Shown here in pieces: positions 27,971 through 40,479 of a DNA stretch of 64,000 nt. The position numbers and the translations under genes were made by a program. The stretch is from Camelus dromedarius. Its lineage: Eukaryota. How positions within the stretch are numbered: the stretch's first letter is position 1; every line of letters begins with the position of its first letter. The notes beneath the pieces were generated by a model. The model did not search any database. It was not told where the DNA came from and saw only the letters and a list, made by a program, of their open reading frames with translations. Location of the stretch: assembly GCF_036321535.1 (NCBI RefSeq), contig NC_087462.1:6200001-6264000 (forward strand), in the 5' to 3' direction.

Positions 27971-28376
27971 AGGCTTTTATGTCGGCCACGCCCTCCGGGT
28001 CCCGCCCCCACTGGGCCTCCAGGATTCTAGGTGGTGGTTTCTTCGTATGCAATAACGGTGGTGGTTTTTTTTGTTCTTTTATTTAAATACAGGGCGTTAT
28101 CTCACACACAAAGCCCTCAGGATTGGGCCTGTCGAACCGTGCCTCTTCGCTTAGATCACCCAGGGCAGGGCCATGTCCGTCTCAAACGCCTCAGGTTGGG
28201 AGATGTGTCTCCTCCATCTCCTAGGCCAAGGTCATGTCGCGTCTCAGACTTCCAGGGCTCTCCGAGAACACAGCAAAATGGGGAGTCCACAGATCCTGGA
28301 TTGCCTCCCTCGTCTACCCTCACCAACAGAAATCCAAACGCTCATTTATAGGTTCTTTGCCATGTTCCCCGTCGGG

Positions 28377-28392
28377 CCTCCAGGCGGCGCCA
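28377..28392 (+). promoter_or_regulatory. CTCF-like motif upstream of MRPL4
   Basis: CCTCCAGGCGGCGCCA, two mismatches to CCACCAGGGGGCGC. Confidence 0.4.
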
Positions 28393-29636
28393 CGAACCCA
28401 TAGCAGCCGGGCTAAACCTGAGCCCTTGGCCGCCGGTGAGATCTGGACAGAGTTCAGCGCCCAAGAACGTGGTCTCGGAGCAAACCTCAGTGTCCTCATC
28501 TGGAAAATGGGAGAGATTGTGAAACATCGATGTGATGATGGAGGCAAAACATGACAAGCGTAGAACATGTTACCATTTTTACCATTATTATTATTAGTGA
28601 AGGTGAGTTTTGTCATCAAAGCAAGGCAAGAGACTAGGCATGGATGGATGTGGACCCTGGAAGATTTGAATGCTGTAATAAAGATGTAAGGCTTTTTTTT
28701 TTTTTTTAATATGATGTGTAACAAATGGATATTTTTGTGAAGTATTAACGAAAACTTACACTATATTTCATTGTGGATTCTATCCTTGTTAGAATAACTG
28801 GATGTGTGTTTAAAAATTCCACACACCTTGCAATTTTAAAAGGTCTTTTAATTACTTTGTAGAATTTTATTTTTTCATTTTGTTTGCATAAGTAATTCAC
28901 GCAGCTAGTAAGAAAATTTCAAAGCCTATGAAAAGATAACTAGAGTGAAGTGTCTGTCTCCTCTAACCTCTGTTCCCTGCACTGCCTGCCACACACCCTA
29001 TTCCGCTCCCAGAATCCATGACCAACACCAGCTGTTTATCTTCTCCAATAACCATCTTGTGGTTTTACAGGCAGATTTACAAGTTTATCCCATGCAAGGG
29101 AATTTAGATTTTATGTGAACAACGGAACAGCACTTCGTCACTTTATGATTTATTAAGCACCCACTGTGTACTGCTGGGGCAAATCCAACAAACACCTTTG
29201 AGATATTCACAGCCCAGTGGAGAAGGCTGAGAGATCAGAATAGGGGAGAGGAGGTCTACAGGATCTGTTGGGGCCCAGGGGAAGAGCTCCTAACCCATGG
29301 GGGCAGGGGTCTCAGGTGACTTCTCTGAAGCTGTAACCTGAGAACTAAGGCTTGTGGGTCCATCAGGAGTGTGTCCAAAGGAGAAAATGTTATCCAGGCT
29401 GAAGAAATAGCAATTGCAAAGGCCAGAAGTGAGGATGGAAGGTTGGGGGGGGGCGGGGGGCTGGACCTTCTTGATAGCCACAAGCTTTGTTCATTGACTC
29501 ATTTATGTTGAACCTACCTCAGGGCCTTTGCATTGTTGTTCCTTCTATCTGGAACATACTTTTCCCATAGCTCTAAATGGCTCGATCCCTCACCTCTTCT
29601 TAGAGGCCTGTCCTGACCACCCTATTTAAAATTGCA

Positions 29637-29708
29637 GAAGTTCAGGGTTTGGGGGCACAGGCCACCCATTCTCCTTGCTTGACCTTGCAATATATCTTCC
29701 TCTGCTAA

Positions 29709-29752
<44 letters not shown>
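29637..29752 (+). mobile_element. Short 5'-truncated retrocopy of unknown source with (TAAA)n tail
   Basis: About 70 nt of unique sequence, then a (TAAA)n tail at 29706-29755; flanked by the direct repeat TAAAATTGCA at 29627-29636 and 29753-29762. Confidence 0.6.
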
Positions 29753-29755
<3 letters not shown>

Positions 29756-32700
29756 AATTGCAATTCCCGCCCTGGCACTTCTGACTCCCTTATCCTGCCT
29801 CATATTTTAAATATTTATTTTATAGCATCCTATATAATTTCCTGGTTTGGGTTTTTTCCCCTGCTTTTTGCCCATCTCCCCCATAAGAGTGTAAACTCCC
29901 CCTTGGCAGAAGTTTTGCTCTGTCTTGTTCACTGCTGTAGCTCCAGGACCCAGCGTAGTGCCTGTAACACAGGGGGAGCTCAATACACGTTTCTTGAGTG
30001 AATTCCTTCATTTATTGCCCTGATGCAGGGGTATTACCAGAAACTGCCCTCTCTTTGTCTCTTGGATCTCAAGATCTCTATCCCCCTGAGGTCACAGGCA
30101 TGTAAGGTGCCCAGTGAATGATTGTTTACGTAATGGCACTGGAGTCACATATACACAGGTTTGAACCTAGGGACTGCCTCTAATTGTCTGATGTCTCTGA
30201 AGTCTCTGGGCTACTGGTTAGCATTTTCAGAGTTCCATTTCTTAACTGGTAAGTGGGACCCAGACAAACCCTCCCCTACCGACCTGTGTTGAGGATGAGT
30301 TCCCTTTCCTTCCATCCTCAGTCCCCACGGTCTTTTTTCCCCCCACAGAAGGAGCCTGTAAACACCTGAGTCAGATCATGTCTCCCTTCTGCTCAGAACC
30401 CTCCATGCCTCCTGTGTAACTTAGAGCAAAAGCCAAAGTCCTTACTGCAGCCCACAAGGGCCCGAGAACCTGTTCTCACCTCCACCCACTCTCCCCCTCC
30501 ATCTTTCTGTGGTTTCTGCCTCACCAGACTCCTTTCCAGAACCTGTCAACCTCACACCAGCACCAGCCTCAGGGCCTTTGCACTGGTGGTTCCTTCTGCC
30601 TGGACCATTTTCCCCTAAACGTCTGCATAGTTTACTCCCTCACCTCCTTCAGGTCTTGACTCAAATGTCACCTTCTCAGGTGACAATGGATCTAAAATCA
30701 CAATTCCCTTCCTACCCCACTATCTAATCTGCCTTCCCACCGTCATTGTTTTCAGAACTTTCACCACATTGTAACAGATGACATCATGCTTTTATTTATC
30801 CTGCTTCTTGTCTGTCACCCCCACTAGAACATCAGCGCCCGGAGGACAGAGGTCTTCGTTTCTTTCACTGCTGGGCCCCACTGCTAACAAGAAGAAAGGT
30901 GCTAGGCACCCAGTAGGTTCTCAATACATAGTAATTGAACAAATGGAATGTGGAGAAAGCAGTTTGCACAGGGCTCCTCCACCGGCATATTGATCATGAG
31001 CCTTAAATGAAAGGGAGGTAATGACATTGAGATCCGCACATTGTGAGGCTCAAAGTTTGACTGTTTTGGTCCAAGCCTGGGTGGAGGTCAATGGTCACGA
31101 TGTCCAGCCCACTTATGTAGATCAAAGGCTCAATTGTAGGTGACCTCTGTCCCCAGGGGCATGGGGTCAGCATCAGCCTTGCAGCCTGGAGAGGATCTCT
31201 GAGGGCCATGGGCATGATAGCAATTGGGGAGCACACATTGGAAGCTGGAGGGCCCCCCAACATCTGGCCTTTCCTAGACCCCCATCACTGTGCCAGGATT
31301 TTCACAAAGGCCAGAGGTCAAGGCTGGAAAATTGTGGAACTGCCTTTAGACAGGAGATACAGGGTGTGGGTTCACGCTTGATGTGGGGCCTGACCCTCTT
31401 GGGGGGAGCTGTCTATAGCACACCCCCATTAACTGCCAAAACATCTGCTGGGTGTTTGTTTGCAGCCCAGTTTGTGGGTAATTGCCAAGCCCCTGAGGAG
31501 GAGGAGTCTTCATTGAGGCATCCCCCTCCCCCAGCCCCTAGGGTGAGCCTGATTTGCATAGATGTTTCCATTCCCTTCAGTCCCCTTCAGTTCAGCTGCA
31601 TGGGGAAGCAGAAAAAAAGGGGCAGAGAGTCAGACCTCCTCAGGGCTTGAACCCCTGGGCAGGACACATGGGATCTCTGAGTCTCAGTTTACTGCTCTGT
31701 AAAATGGGGTATAATTGCCCCTTCCTCATATGGTTTGTGTCAGCCTTGAACATGTGTACCCTGAGATCATCCTTTCCCCTGCTTTGCCCCTGCCCCATAG
31801 CTAGAGGCTGACCCCTGCATGGAATACTTCCCTTGCCTCCAGCCTCCTGCCCAGATTTAGCCAGTGGAAGGCACTGAGGGTAGACTGGAGGGGAGAAGGA
31901 TGAGAGAAGCCAGGGTAGTTCCCCTCATCTGCTTCTGGCAGCCTCTCTCACTGGATGTGGCCCCCCTGCTTGTTAATTTCTAAGTCGTCTCACTCCTCCC
32001 GCACTTTGGTTTCTCATCTATGTGACCATCCTCTGCATTAAATCCCCTCTGTTTGAGATAGTTCTATTTTCCCAAGTAGACTCTGACTGATGTCTGTTTT
32101 AAAATACAATTTAAAAAAAAATTAAGTCTTCCCTTTTCAATGTGCAGTTGGGCAAACATCTACCATCATGTGACCACCAGGACAATGGAGGTAGAGAATG
32201 ATTCCATCACCCCAAAATTCCCCCCATGCCCTTTTGTAGTCAACCCCACCCTCTGCCCTCAGGCCTGAAAAATCACTGGTTGCTCACTATCCCTGTAGTT
32301 TGGCCTTTTTCAGAACATCATAGAAATGGAATCATACAGTACGTAGCCTTTTGTGTCTGCCTTCTTTTCCTCATAATGCATTTGAGATTCATCCATGTTG
32401 TTATACATCACTCTATAAAGTTCCTTCCTTTTAGAACTTGAGGTTCCAAATGTTATATTCCTGAGTGGTCTTCCATGTGAGGATGAACGGCAGCTTGGCT
32501 ATTTATTCCTTAATGGAGATGTTATGAGCTTTTGATGGGATGATATTTACAAAACGCTTAGGACAGTAACTGGCACATTATGTATGTTTCAACTATTGTT
32601 ATTATGCTGGAGGGAGGCTTGCTGAGAACTGAGCTTTTGGGGCTCCCCTCTCCTCTAACTGCATGTCTCCCTTATCTGGAAGAGAGAGCCCACCCCTCCC

Positions 32701-33324
32701 AGGCTCAAAGGGCTAAAACTGCATCTGGTGCAGACGTGGCGGGGAGCGGCCTCCACCAGCAGCCTCTCCACCCCATCCCTGAAGCTGAAAGTGGGCCTCA
32801 AGCCCGTGGATGGACGAAATGAGGCGGCTGCAGCTTCGCTGCCTGCCAAGATCAGCATCTGGAAAGCTTCTCTGCAGCTGGGCCCCTTCCCCCAGTGCTG
32901 GGGTGATGATGAGAAAGTTGGGACCTGTCTCAGACACTTCTCCTCAAGCAGTTCCTCTTGCCAAAACCTGAGAGCTGGGGGTGGGGAGGCAGTGGAGGCC
33001 CAGGGAGGATGGAGGACAGTCCGGAGCCTCATTGACTTGGGGGAAATCACAAAATTTGGGGTGAGATGGGATTAGAGGTCAGAGGGTTTCCTTCACCTCT
33101 GGATTACGGAGGAGAACATTCTACATCTCGCCAGTGACCGACGTGATCCTGAATGGTAACTACTGCCCTTCTATTTCAAACTGCTGGGGCAGGGATGGGG
33201 AGGGGTCACTGCATCAGGACTGGGGCCGGGACTTGGGATGAAAAAGCGGGCAGAGAGCTCTAGTCCACTCCCTGCCACAACCCTGTGCCTCAGTTTCCTT
33301 ATCTTTAAAATGGGGTGATGAAGA

Positions 33325-33690
33325 AAAGGCAAAACTATGAGGACAGTAAAAAGCTCAGTGGTTGCCAGTGGTTAAGGAGGAGGGAGGGATGACTAGGCAG
33401 AGTTTAGAGGCTAATTTTTAGGGCAGTGAAACAATTAAGATACTATAAGGGTGAGTACATGTCATTACGAATTTGTCCAGACCCACTGAACGTGCAACAT
33501 CAGAAACTTGGTGTGACAATGATGTGCCAGTGTAGGTTCATCAGTGGTAATAAATATGCCACTCTGGTGGGGGAAGCTGACAATGGGGGAGGCTATGCAT
33601 GTGGGTGGGGAGGGGGTCTCTGGGCCATCTCTGTACTTTCTGCTCTATTTTGCTGTGAACCGAAAACTGTTCTAAAATACAATGTCTATT
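33325..33690 (+). mobile_element. L1MC-like 3' end
   Basis: GGCAAAACTATG..GTGGTTGCCAG..ATAAATATGCCACTCTGGTGGGGGA..CTGTGAACC. Confidence 0.65.
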
Positions 33691-35374
33691 AAAAAAAATG
33701 GAATGATGGTAATAATAATACCCACCTCCTAGGGTTGTGAGGATTCATAGAGCCACACCCAACACTGTCTGTGTCTGTGAGCGTTAGCCATTACTGTCGG
33801 TGGCCCTGTAATTAGTGGAGGCTGGCCCAAGCCTCTTCCTTTTCTTCCTTTCTCTTGCTTGGGAGCTCCCCAAGAAAAGGGCCCCGTTTCCTTCCTCTTC
33901 CACTGTTCTCTCACTCAGGGACCCCAACTGAACCCTAGGGTGGGGCTTAGCTTTTGCCTTGACCTCCCAGACCATCCAGGAGTCTAGACCAGTGTTTCCC
34001 AGTTCTCCAACCTGTTCCCTCAGCTGAGCCGGCAGAGACCGCATGTTGCCCCAGAAGCGGGAGGTGGTGGGGGAGGAGGTGGAAGTCACTTGTGGGTGTC
34101 TGTGTGTCTCTAGGGACATCACCTTTGTCTAGAAGCCACGGCCCCCCTAACAGACAGCCGGATATGTCTGCAGCCTTGATATTACCGTCGCCCCCACGTC
34201 CCTGGGGAGATGGCAAACTGCTGAGCCAGCAACGCAAGTTGTGGGGGCCACTTCCTCCCAAGACCTTTCAGGTCCTCACAGAGGGCTAACATTTCCGCTC
34301 CGACAGCTCCTCGGTGAAGAGAGGACCCAGTTTTTTCAGGGCTTTGTCTTCTGTGGTTTGAACACCTGGTTTCTAAAGGTTTTATGGCCGCACTTCATTT
34401 GGGCAGAGGATTTGGTGCGGTTTTGCTGAAGTCCAAGTGGACCCCGAGATCTGGCCCAGAACTGAGTGGGCACTGAAATCTCATTCAGGAAAAGGAATGA
34501 AGTCACTCCGGCTTTCTTATCTTCCCATCAACGGTCTGCTACCCTGAGTTCAAACTGTCTCGTTTCTTCTGTCTCCTTCATCAGACTGTCAGTTTTGGAT
34601 GGCAGAAACCAACGAGGTATCACCAGAACAGAGCATTATATGAATATATATGCTGCATACATATATATGTAACATTAATATATTGATAATATTCACTTCT
34701 TTATGAAAAACTTAAATATGTTTACTCTTAATATAAATTTATTTAATGACGATATGTTGAATAATAACGTAGATATGTAATCAGTGTTATTGTTTATTTA
34801 TATTATTGGCACTATTCATTACTATGATTACAGGAACAAGCTTACAATTAGAAGTCCAGTGATTTGTTACTTTTTATTTAATTTTTCACATCTTTGTAAA
34901 ATTTTTGAATTGGTAATATGAGCTAAAAATTTCAAACCGTCCCCCCAAGGGTACACCATAAAGTGTCTGGCCCCCTGTCACCTGTTCCCCCTAACTCAGG
35001 TCCCCTCCCTGGGGGTAACCGCTGTGACGATGTCATGTGCCTTCTCTGGGAGATGGCCTGTGAGTCCGCAGGCAAATGTGTGTGTATTTATATGCCCTTA
35101 TAAATAAATCCAGAAATACAGGCAAGCAAGCAGTGCAAACTGGTCTATCTTGTGCTTTTTTTCACCTTAATAAATTGAAGACAGTTTTACCTCAAGACTC
35201 CATTTTTCCTATTTAATAGGCATGTATGGATTGACTTTAGTTTCCTTTTTTGAAGTTTTGCTTTTCAACACTTTATGGAGTATAATATATATACAGAAGA
35301 GTGTGCTGAACCCTTCCCCCCACCTTTTTCTTTTATTGGTTGCATTGTCTGGGATTCAAGCATCTGTAATTTTT

Positions 35375-35861
35375 TTTTTAATTTCAGCTTTTTTGAGGTA
35401 TCATTGACATGTAAAATTGTAAGACAGTTAAAGTGTACATCACGGTGATTGGATGTACGTATACATTGTGAAAGGATTCTCTCCAGCTAGCTAATTAGCA
35501 CATCCATCACCTCACATATTTATCATATTTATCTTTTTGTGTGTGTGTGTGGATGTGAGACCATTTCAGGTCTACTCTTTCAGTAAATTTCAATGGTCTG
35601 ATACACTATTACCAACTACAGTCACCCTGCTGTATATTAGATCTTCAGACCTTATTCATCATATAACGGAAAGTTTGCACCCTTTTACTAATCTCTTCCT
35701 ACTTACCCCACCTCCCTGCCTCTGGCAACCATTTTTCCTACTGTGTGTTTCTATGAGTTTGATTTTTTTTTAAGATTCCACATATAAGTGATACCATGTG
35801 GTATTTGTCTTTTCTCTGTCTGGCTCATTTCACTTGCCACAAGGCCCTCAAGTTTCATCCA
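35375..35861 (-). mobile_element. L1MA-like 3' fragment running into an assembly gap
   Basis: TTCCACATATAAGTGATACCATGTGGTATTTGTCTTTCTCTGTCTGGCTCATTTCACTT is typical L1 3' UTR. Confidence 0.7.
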
Positions 35862-36073
35862 NNNNNNNNNNNNNNNNNNNNNNNNNNNNNNNNNNNNNNN
35901 NNNNNNNNNNNNNNNNNNNNNNNNNNNNNNNNNNNNNNNNNNNNNNNNNNNNNNNNNNNNNNNNNNNNNNNNNNNNNNNNNNNNNNNNNNNNNNNNNNNN
36001 NNNNNNNNNNNNNNNNNNNNNNNNNNNNNNNNNNNNNNNNNNNNNNNNNNNNNNNNNNNNNNNNNNNNNNNNN
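35862..36073. other. Assembly gap (212 N)
   Basis: N run. Confidence 1.
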
Positions 36074-36339
36074 GCTTTTCAATACTCTACTGAAGTATAG
36101 TATAAACATAGAAGAGTGCACCTACTTTCTCCCTCATTTTTATTGCACTGTCTGGGTATCAGCAGTCTAAAATTTTAAATCAGTTTATTGTTGAAATAGG
36201 GCATGTATGTACTTGTTGTAAAAGTCAAAATTACAAAAGAGGGAAAGCAACCTCCTTCCTCTGACCTGTGCCCTATCTTTCAGTTCCTCTCCCAGGAAAT
36301 CAGTTTCTATTTTTTTAATTTTGATTTTTTAAATTTTGA

Positions 36340-36535
36340 TTTTTTTAAATTGAAGTATAGTCAGTTACAATGTGTCAATTTTTGGTGTGCAGCATAATGT
36401 CCCAATCATGTATATACATATATATATATTCGTTTTCATATTCTTTTTCATTAAAGGTTACTATAAGTTATTGAATATAGTTCCCTGTGCTATACAGAAG
36501 AAATTTGTTTTTTTAATCTATTTTTATATTATCAG
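36340..36535 (-). mobile_element. Young L1 3' end fragment
   Basis: TTGAAGTATAGTCAGTTACAATG..TTCCCTGTGCTATACAG. Confidence 0.7.
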
Positions 36536-37367
36536 TTTCTTCTTCCTGCATTATTCTGGATATTCTGAGCACATACAGTAGAACCTCAACTCCACTAAGA
36601 CAGGGAGTTTTATCTGTTTGGTTTCCTGATGTATCTCCAGCCTTTTAGAATAGCATCTGGTACATAGCAGGTGCTTACTGTATTTGGTAAATAAACAAAG
36701 CTGATTATGTATTCATTTTCACAAACAGTACCCTCCTGAACATAAGTTCCATGGAGGTAAGGACTTTCCCCCCCTGTTTTGTTCACTGCTGTGTCCAGTA
36801 GGTGCACCAAAAACATTTGTTGAAGGAGTGAGAGTCATGTTGTCTGGTCACTGATTTCACACACTCGCATCAGTAAATGAAGGTGTGTCTTATCTACATA
36901 GCCGGGCACACAGAGATGCCCAGGAAAAGTGGAAAGAGGGAAACTAAAGAACTGGATAGAAGATTGGGCCCCAGCTTGAAAGGCAGGACTCAGCCTAGGC
37001 CTGCTGGGTGACCACAGTGAGGGCAATCGATGCACAGAGGCAGGGAAGGCTGCTGGGGGCTTCTGGTCTTCTAGGGCAGAGGGACCAGCGCTTGAATTCT
37101 GGGGTCTCATCAGGGCAAAATCCAATCCTGTCTTTGAGGCAGGGCGCGACACACAGTAGGAACTTGCTTATTTGTTGGATGAACACACAGTAGGCACTTA
37201 ATATCTATTTGCTGCTTTTACACTTAGTAGGTGTTTCGTGGCTCCTTGGTAAGTAAATAAAAGGGATTCCATGCGCTCCTCCAATTTCAGGGTCTCAGGT
37301 ATGGGCCAAGAGTATATCTGCAATTAAAGACAGTTGTTTCAGGTTGAGGCCACCTGGCTAGGAGCGA

Positions 37368-37397
37368 CATGACGTCACGCAGCCCCGTGACGTCATG
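37368..37397. promoter_or_regulatory. Double palindromic CRE in the S1PR2 promoter
   Basis: TGACGTCA at 37370-37377 and 37388-37395, at the left edge of the CpG island (about 37350-38850). Confidence 0.7.
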
Positions 37398-37599
37398 CTC
37401 CGGCCGGTTCTCACGGGTAGGGGCTGGGAGGGGCAGGGCTGGATGGTGGGGGTGCGGACAAAGGGACCCCGCGCGCCTCCCCCGCCGACCCTTGCGGGCG
37501 CCCCGCTGGGCCAGCCACATCTGGAATTCATTGCAGCCGCCGCCGGAAAGGGGAGGAGATAGGGCGGGGCAAATGGGGGCTGAGGCAGCGCCTCTCCCG

Positions 37600-37732
37600 G
37601 TCCCCTTCTGTCCCCGGTCCTCTGCCCCGGGACGCAGTGGAGCCCGGCGGGCAGCCCCAGCCGCGGCCGTCCCGGGGACGCAGACGCCAAAGCCCCTCCG
37701 GCCAGGGCAAGGACCCGGGCCGGCCTAGCCAG
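37600..37732 (+). other. S1PR2: S1PR2 non-coding exon 1 (5' end approximate)
   Basis: Donor CCTAGCCAG|GTGAGC at 37732/37733 inside a CpG island. GGCCTAGCCAG matches my recollection of the end of human exon 1. TSS cannot be determined from sequence. Confidence 0.75.
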
Positions 37733-38462
37733 GTGAGCGTGCGTGGCGAGGGGGAGGCAAAAAGGGCGGGCCCTGGTCTCCGGAGGTCGCGGGATCCGAG
37801 CTTGGGGAGCCGGCCAGGGGTCCCGGGCGCCCCGGGAGCTCACGCGCCGCCCGTGCTCCTGCTGCACGGAAGGAGTAGTCATCGTGGGCCCTCTCCACGA
37901 CCCCAGACGGCCCTACTGCCTCGGCCGCGAACCCCCAGACCGAGCTCCCCGCCTTGCCCAGCGGCAGGAAGTTGGCGCGGAGAAGAAGGCGGAATCCGAG
38001 AGCTTTTGGCCGGAGACTGGGAGGCAGGACTGCTTGCCCCCGGACCCGGGGTTTGGGGAGTGTGTGGGGGGGAGGGGAGGAAGCCCCTCTTTGCTGACTC
38101 CGGCTGGTAGAGGGCGAAAAGTGCTGCGCGGCACCGAACCTCCCAGCCAAGGGGCGGGGCCCCGGAGGAGGGCAGTTGCCCACCTCCTGCACGTCTGGTC
38201 CTCTGCCTCAGTTTCTCCGAGTAGTTCGTCTTTTCCAGTCCCATCGCGGGGTCGTGGCTTTGTTTTGGAAGGAAGGTGAACCCGACCGCGTGGCTCCGCC
38301 GCCTCTTCTTTCCCCTGGGGCTCGGGGATGGCGCGTGGGTGCGGGCGCGCGTGGCCCCGCATGGTCCTGGGCCCAGCCGTGCATGGGAACCTCGCCCCTT
38401 CTCTGGCACGAGTTGACTCACCCGGGGATTTCCATCCCCTTTCCCGACTCTGCCCCAGTCAC

Positions 38463-38531
38463 ACTCTCCAGGCGCCACGCGCTAAGCCCACGGTCCCCTG
38501 CGTGGCGCGACACGGGTGCGGTATTCGCGGT
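38463..38531 (-). ncRNA. Segment orthologous to human MIR4322 (dubious miRNA), antisense in S1PR2 intron 1
   Basis: Minus strand ACCGCGAATACCGCACCCGTGTCGCGCCACGCAGGGGACCGTGGGCTTAGCGCGTGGCGCCTGGAG aligns with the recalled human precursor, at the same syntenic position. Confidence 0.3.
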
Positions 38532-38974
38532 GCAGATGCTGCTGGGATCTCTCCCCACCTCTCCCCAGTCCTCTGGGAATATCGAAGCGGGGCCCTAGCG
38601 GGACGCAGAGGAGTCTCCCACCCCTACTTGGCGATGTGGGGGTCCCGCGCGTGTGGCTGTCGCGAGGGAGAGGAGGCGCGGCCCTAGAGGCAGCGAGTGT
38701 GGATACCGCGCATTCCACCGCCAGATAAGGAGGCCGAGGCTGCGGCCCGAGGGCGGGGCGGGTCCTGCTGCCGTCTCCACGGAGATGCGCGGGGCTTCGC
38801 CTGGTGGCTGGGCCTGCCAGCTGACCAGAGGCGTCTTTTGCTGTTATTTGAGCCTGGGCTGAATTTAGGAGCCTCCACTCTCTGGGGTCCACTGGGGCCT
38901 TGTTTGCCCGTTCATTCATTCATCTATCCATCCATCCTACACGTTTTCTTTTTCTTTCGTTTCTTTCTTTTTTT

Positions 38975-39180
38975 TTTGAATTGACGTATAGTCGGTTACA
39001 ATGTCTCAATCTCTGGTGTACAGCACAGTGTCCCAGTCATGCATATACATACATATATTCGTTTTCATATTCTTTTTCATTAAAAGTTTTAACAAGATAC
39101 CGAACATACTGAACCCTGTGCTATACAGAAGAAATTTGTTTTTTTATCTATTTTTATATATAGTAGTTAGTATTTGCAAA
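38975..39180 (-). mobile_element. Young L1 3' end fragment in S1PR2 intron 1
   Basis: Highly similar to the 36340-36535 copy. Confidence 0.7.
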
Positions 39181-40462
39181 TCTCCAGCTGCCAAATTTAC
39201 CCCCCCTCCACGTTATTCTGAGTGCTTTCTGTATGCCAGGCATCTCTCTAGGGACTCAAAAAAAGACTTAGTTGCTGGCCTCTGTCAGTCACTTTCTACC
39301 ATGGAAGCAGACAGAAAACAAGAAATACAATCATAATGTCTGAAATTGGCAAGTGCTGTGAATATAATAAAAGATGCTGTGATAGAAAGGACCTGAGGAA
39401 GGCAGCTAGGGTAGCCTGGTGGTCAGAGGAGACCCCTTTGAGCAAGTGATTTCCAAACTGAAACCTGAAACATGGGACAGTCATTCCAGGATTTGTGGGA
39501 AGGGCATGCCAGGTGGAGAATCAGAAGAGGCAAAAGCTCTGAGGTAGAAATGGGGATGACATAGCCGAGGCCAGTGTGATTGGAGTAGAGTGACCCTGGG
39601 GGAGAGTGGGAGGAGGTGAGGTGGGCAGGGGCCAGGCCATTTTGGGCAGTGGGGAGCCATGGAAGAATTTGGAGCTGAGGAGTGGCATATTGGCATTGTA
39701 CATTATAAGGCTCTCCCTGGCTGCTGCGTGTAGGGGACAACTGTAAGGGACAACTGAAGGGAAACTAAGCCTAGGGTGCTGCCCTAGGGCAAGAGGCCGG
39801 GGGACAGAGAGCACTTAGGGGAACAGTAACCACAGGACCTGCCTCAGTGGAACTTGAAGGAGGGGCTCCTAAAAGTCACTAAGGCTTCCCCCTGCCTTCC
39901 TCTCTCCTACTCTCTGCCTAAACAGTCTTGGTCTGTCTCGCTTCTCTTCCCTCCAACTTCTGTCACTTGTCCCTCGTGCTCCCTTTCAGGCCTGGCCATT
40001 CCTCAGTTCTGAGCCCAGTGACCTCTTACAGAACCTCTGGGAGGGAGGTAGGACTGCCTTTGCTGGAAGTGAACAGGAGACAGGCACTGTGTCAGCCAGG
40101 CCTGGGAGCCTGACACCAGAGGGGAAGCAGGCAAGGCCTGTATTTGCCAGGGGGTGGCTATTCTGCCAGCTCCAACCTCTGGACCCTGCTTCCTCTTTCT
40201 GGGAAGCCTGAATCTGCCTTAAGCAAGGTCCTAGTGGAGAAGATGAGAAGAGACAGGCATTGTGGGCATCAGTTTCTCCCTCTCTAACTAGCAGAGCTGC
40301 TCCTCCTTCTGAGGCTGCCCAAAGTGAAGGTCTTCCCCCCAGGGAAGAAGACAGACTTTTTTGGTCAGTCCCTGGGATTCGAGGGCTGAAACCATTTATT
40401 TCTCTAGGAAGTGCCCATAAATCTTTCTCTTGGCCGCCAGACTGGAGAGGGGTCTAAGGGGC

Positions 40463-40479
40463 GGGGGGGGGGGGGGGGG
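40463..40479 (+). repeat. G17 homopolymer
   Basis: Seen directly in S1PR2 intron 1. Confidence 0.9.

Noticed and set aside
29706-29755. (TAAA)n array as a CRISPR-like or satellite structure
   Set aside because: Simple tetranucleotide repeat derived from a retroposon poly(A) tail; no spacers. Nothing prokaryotic is present in the window.
35788-36170. ORFs spanning N runs (also 50837-51229)
   Set aside because: Artefacts of assembly gaps inside L1.
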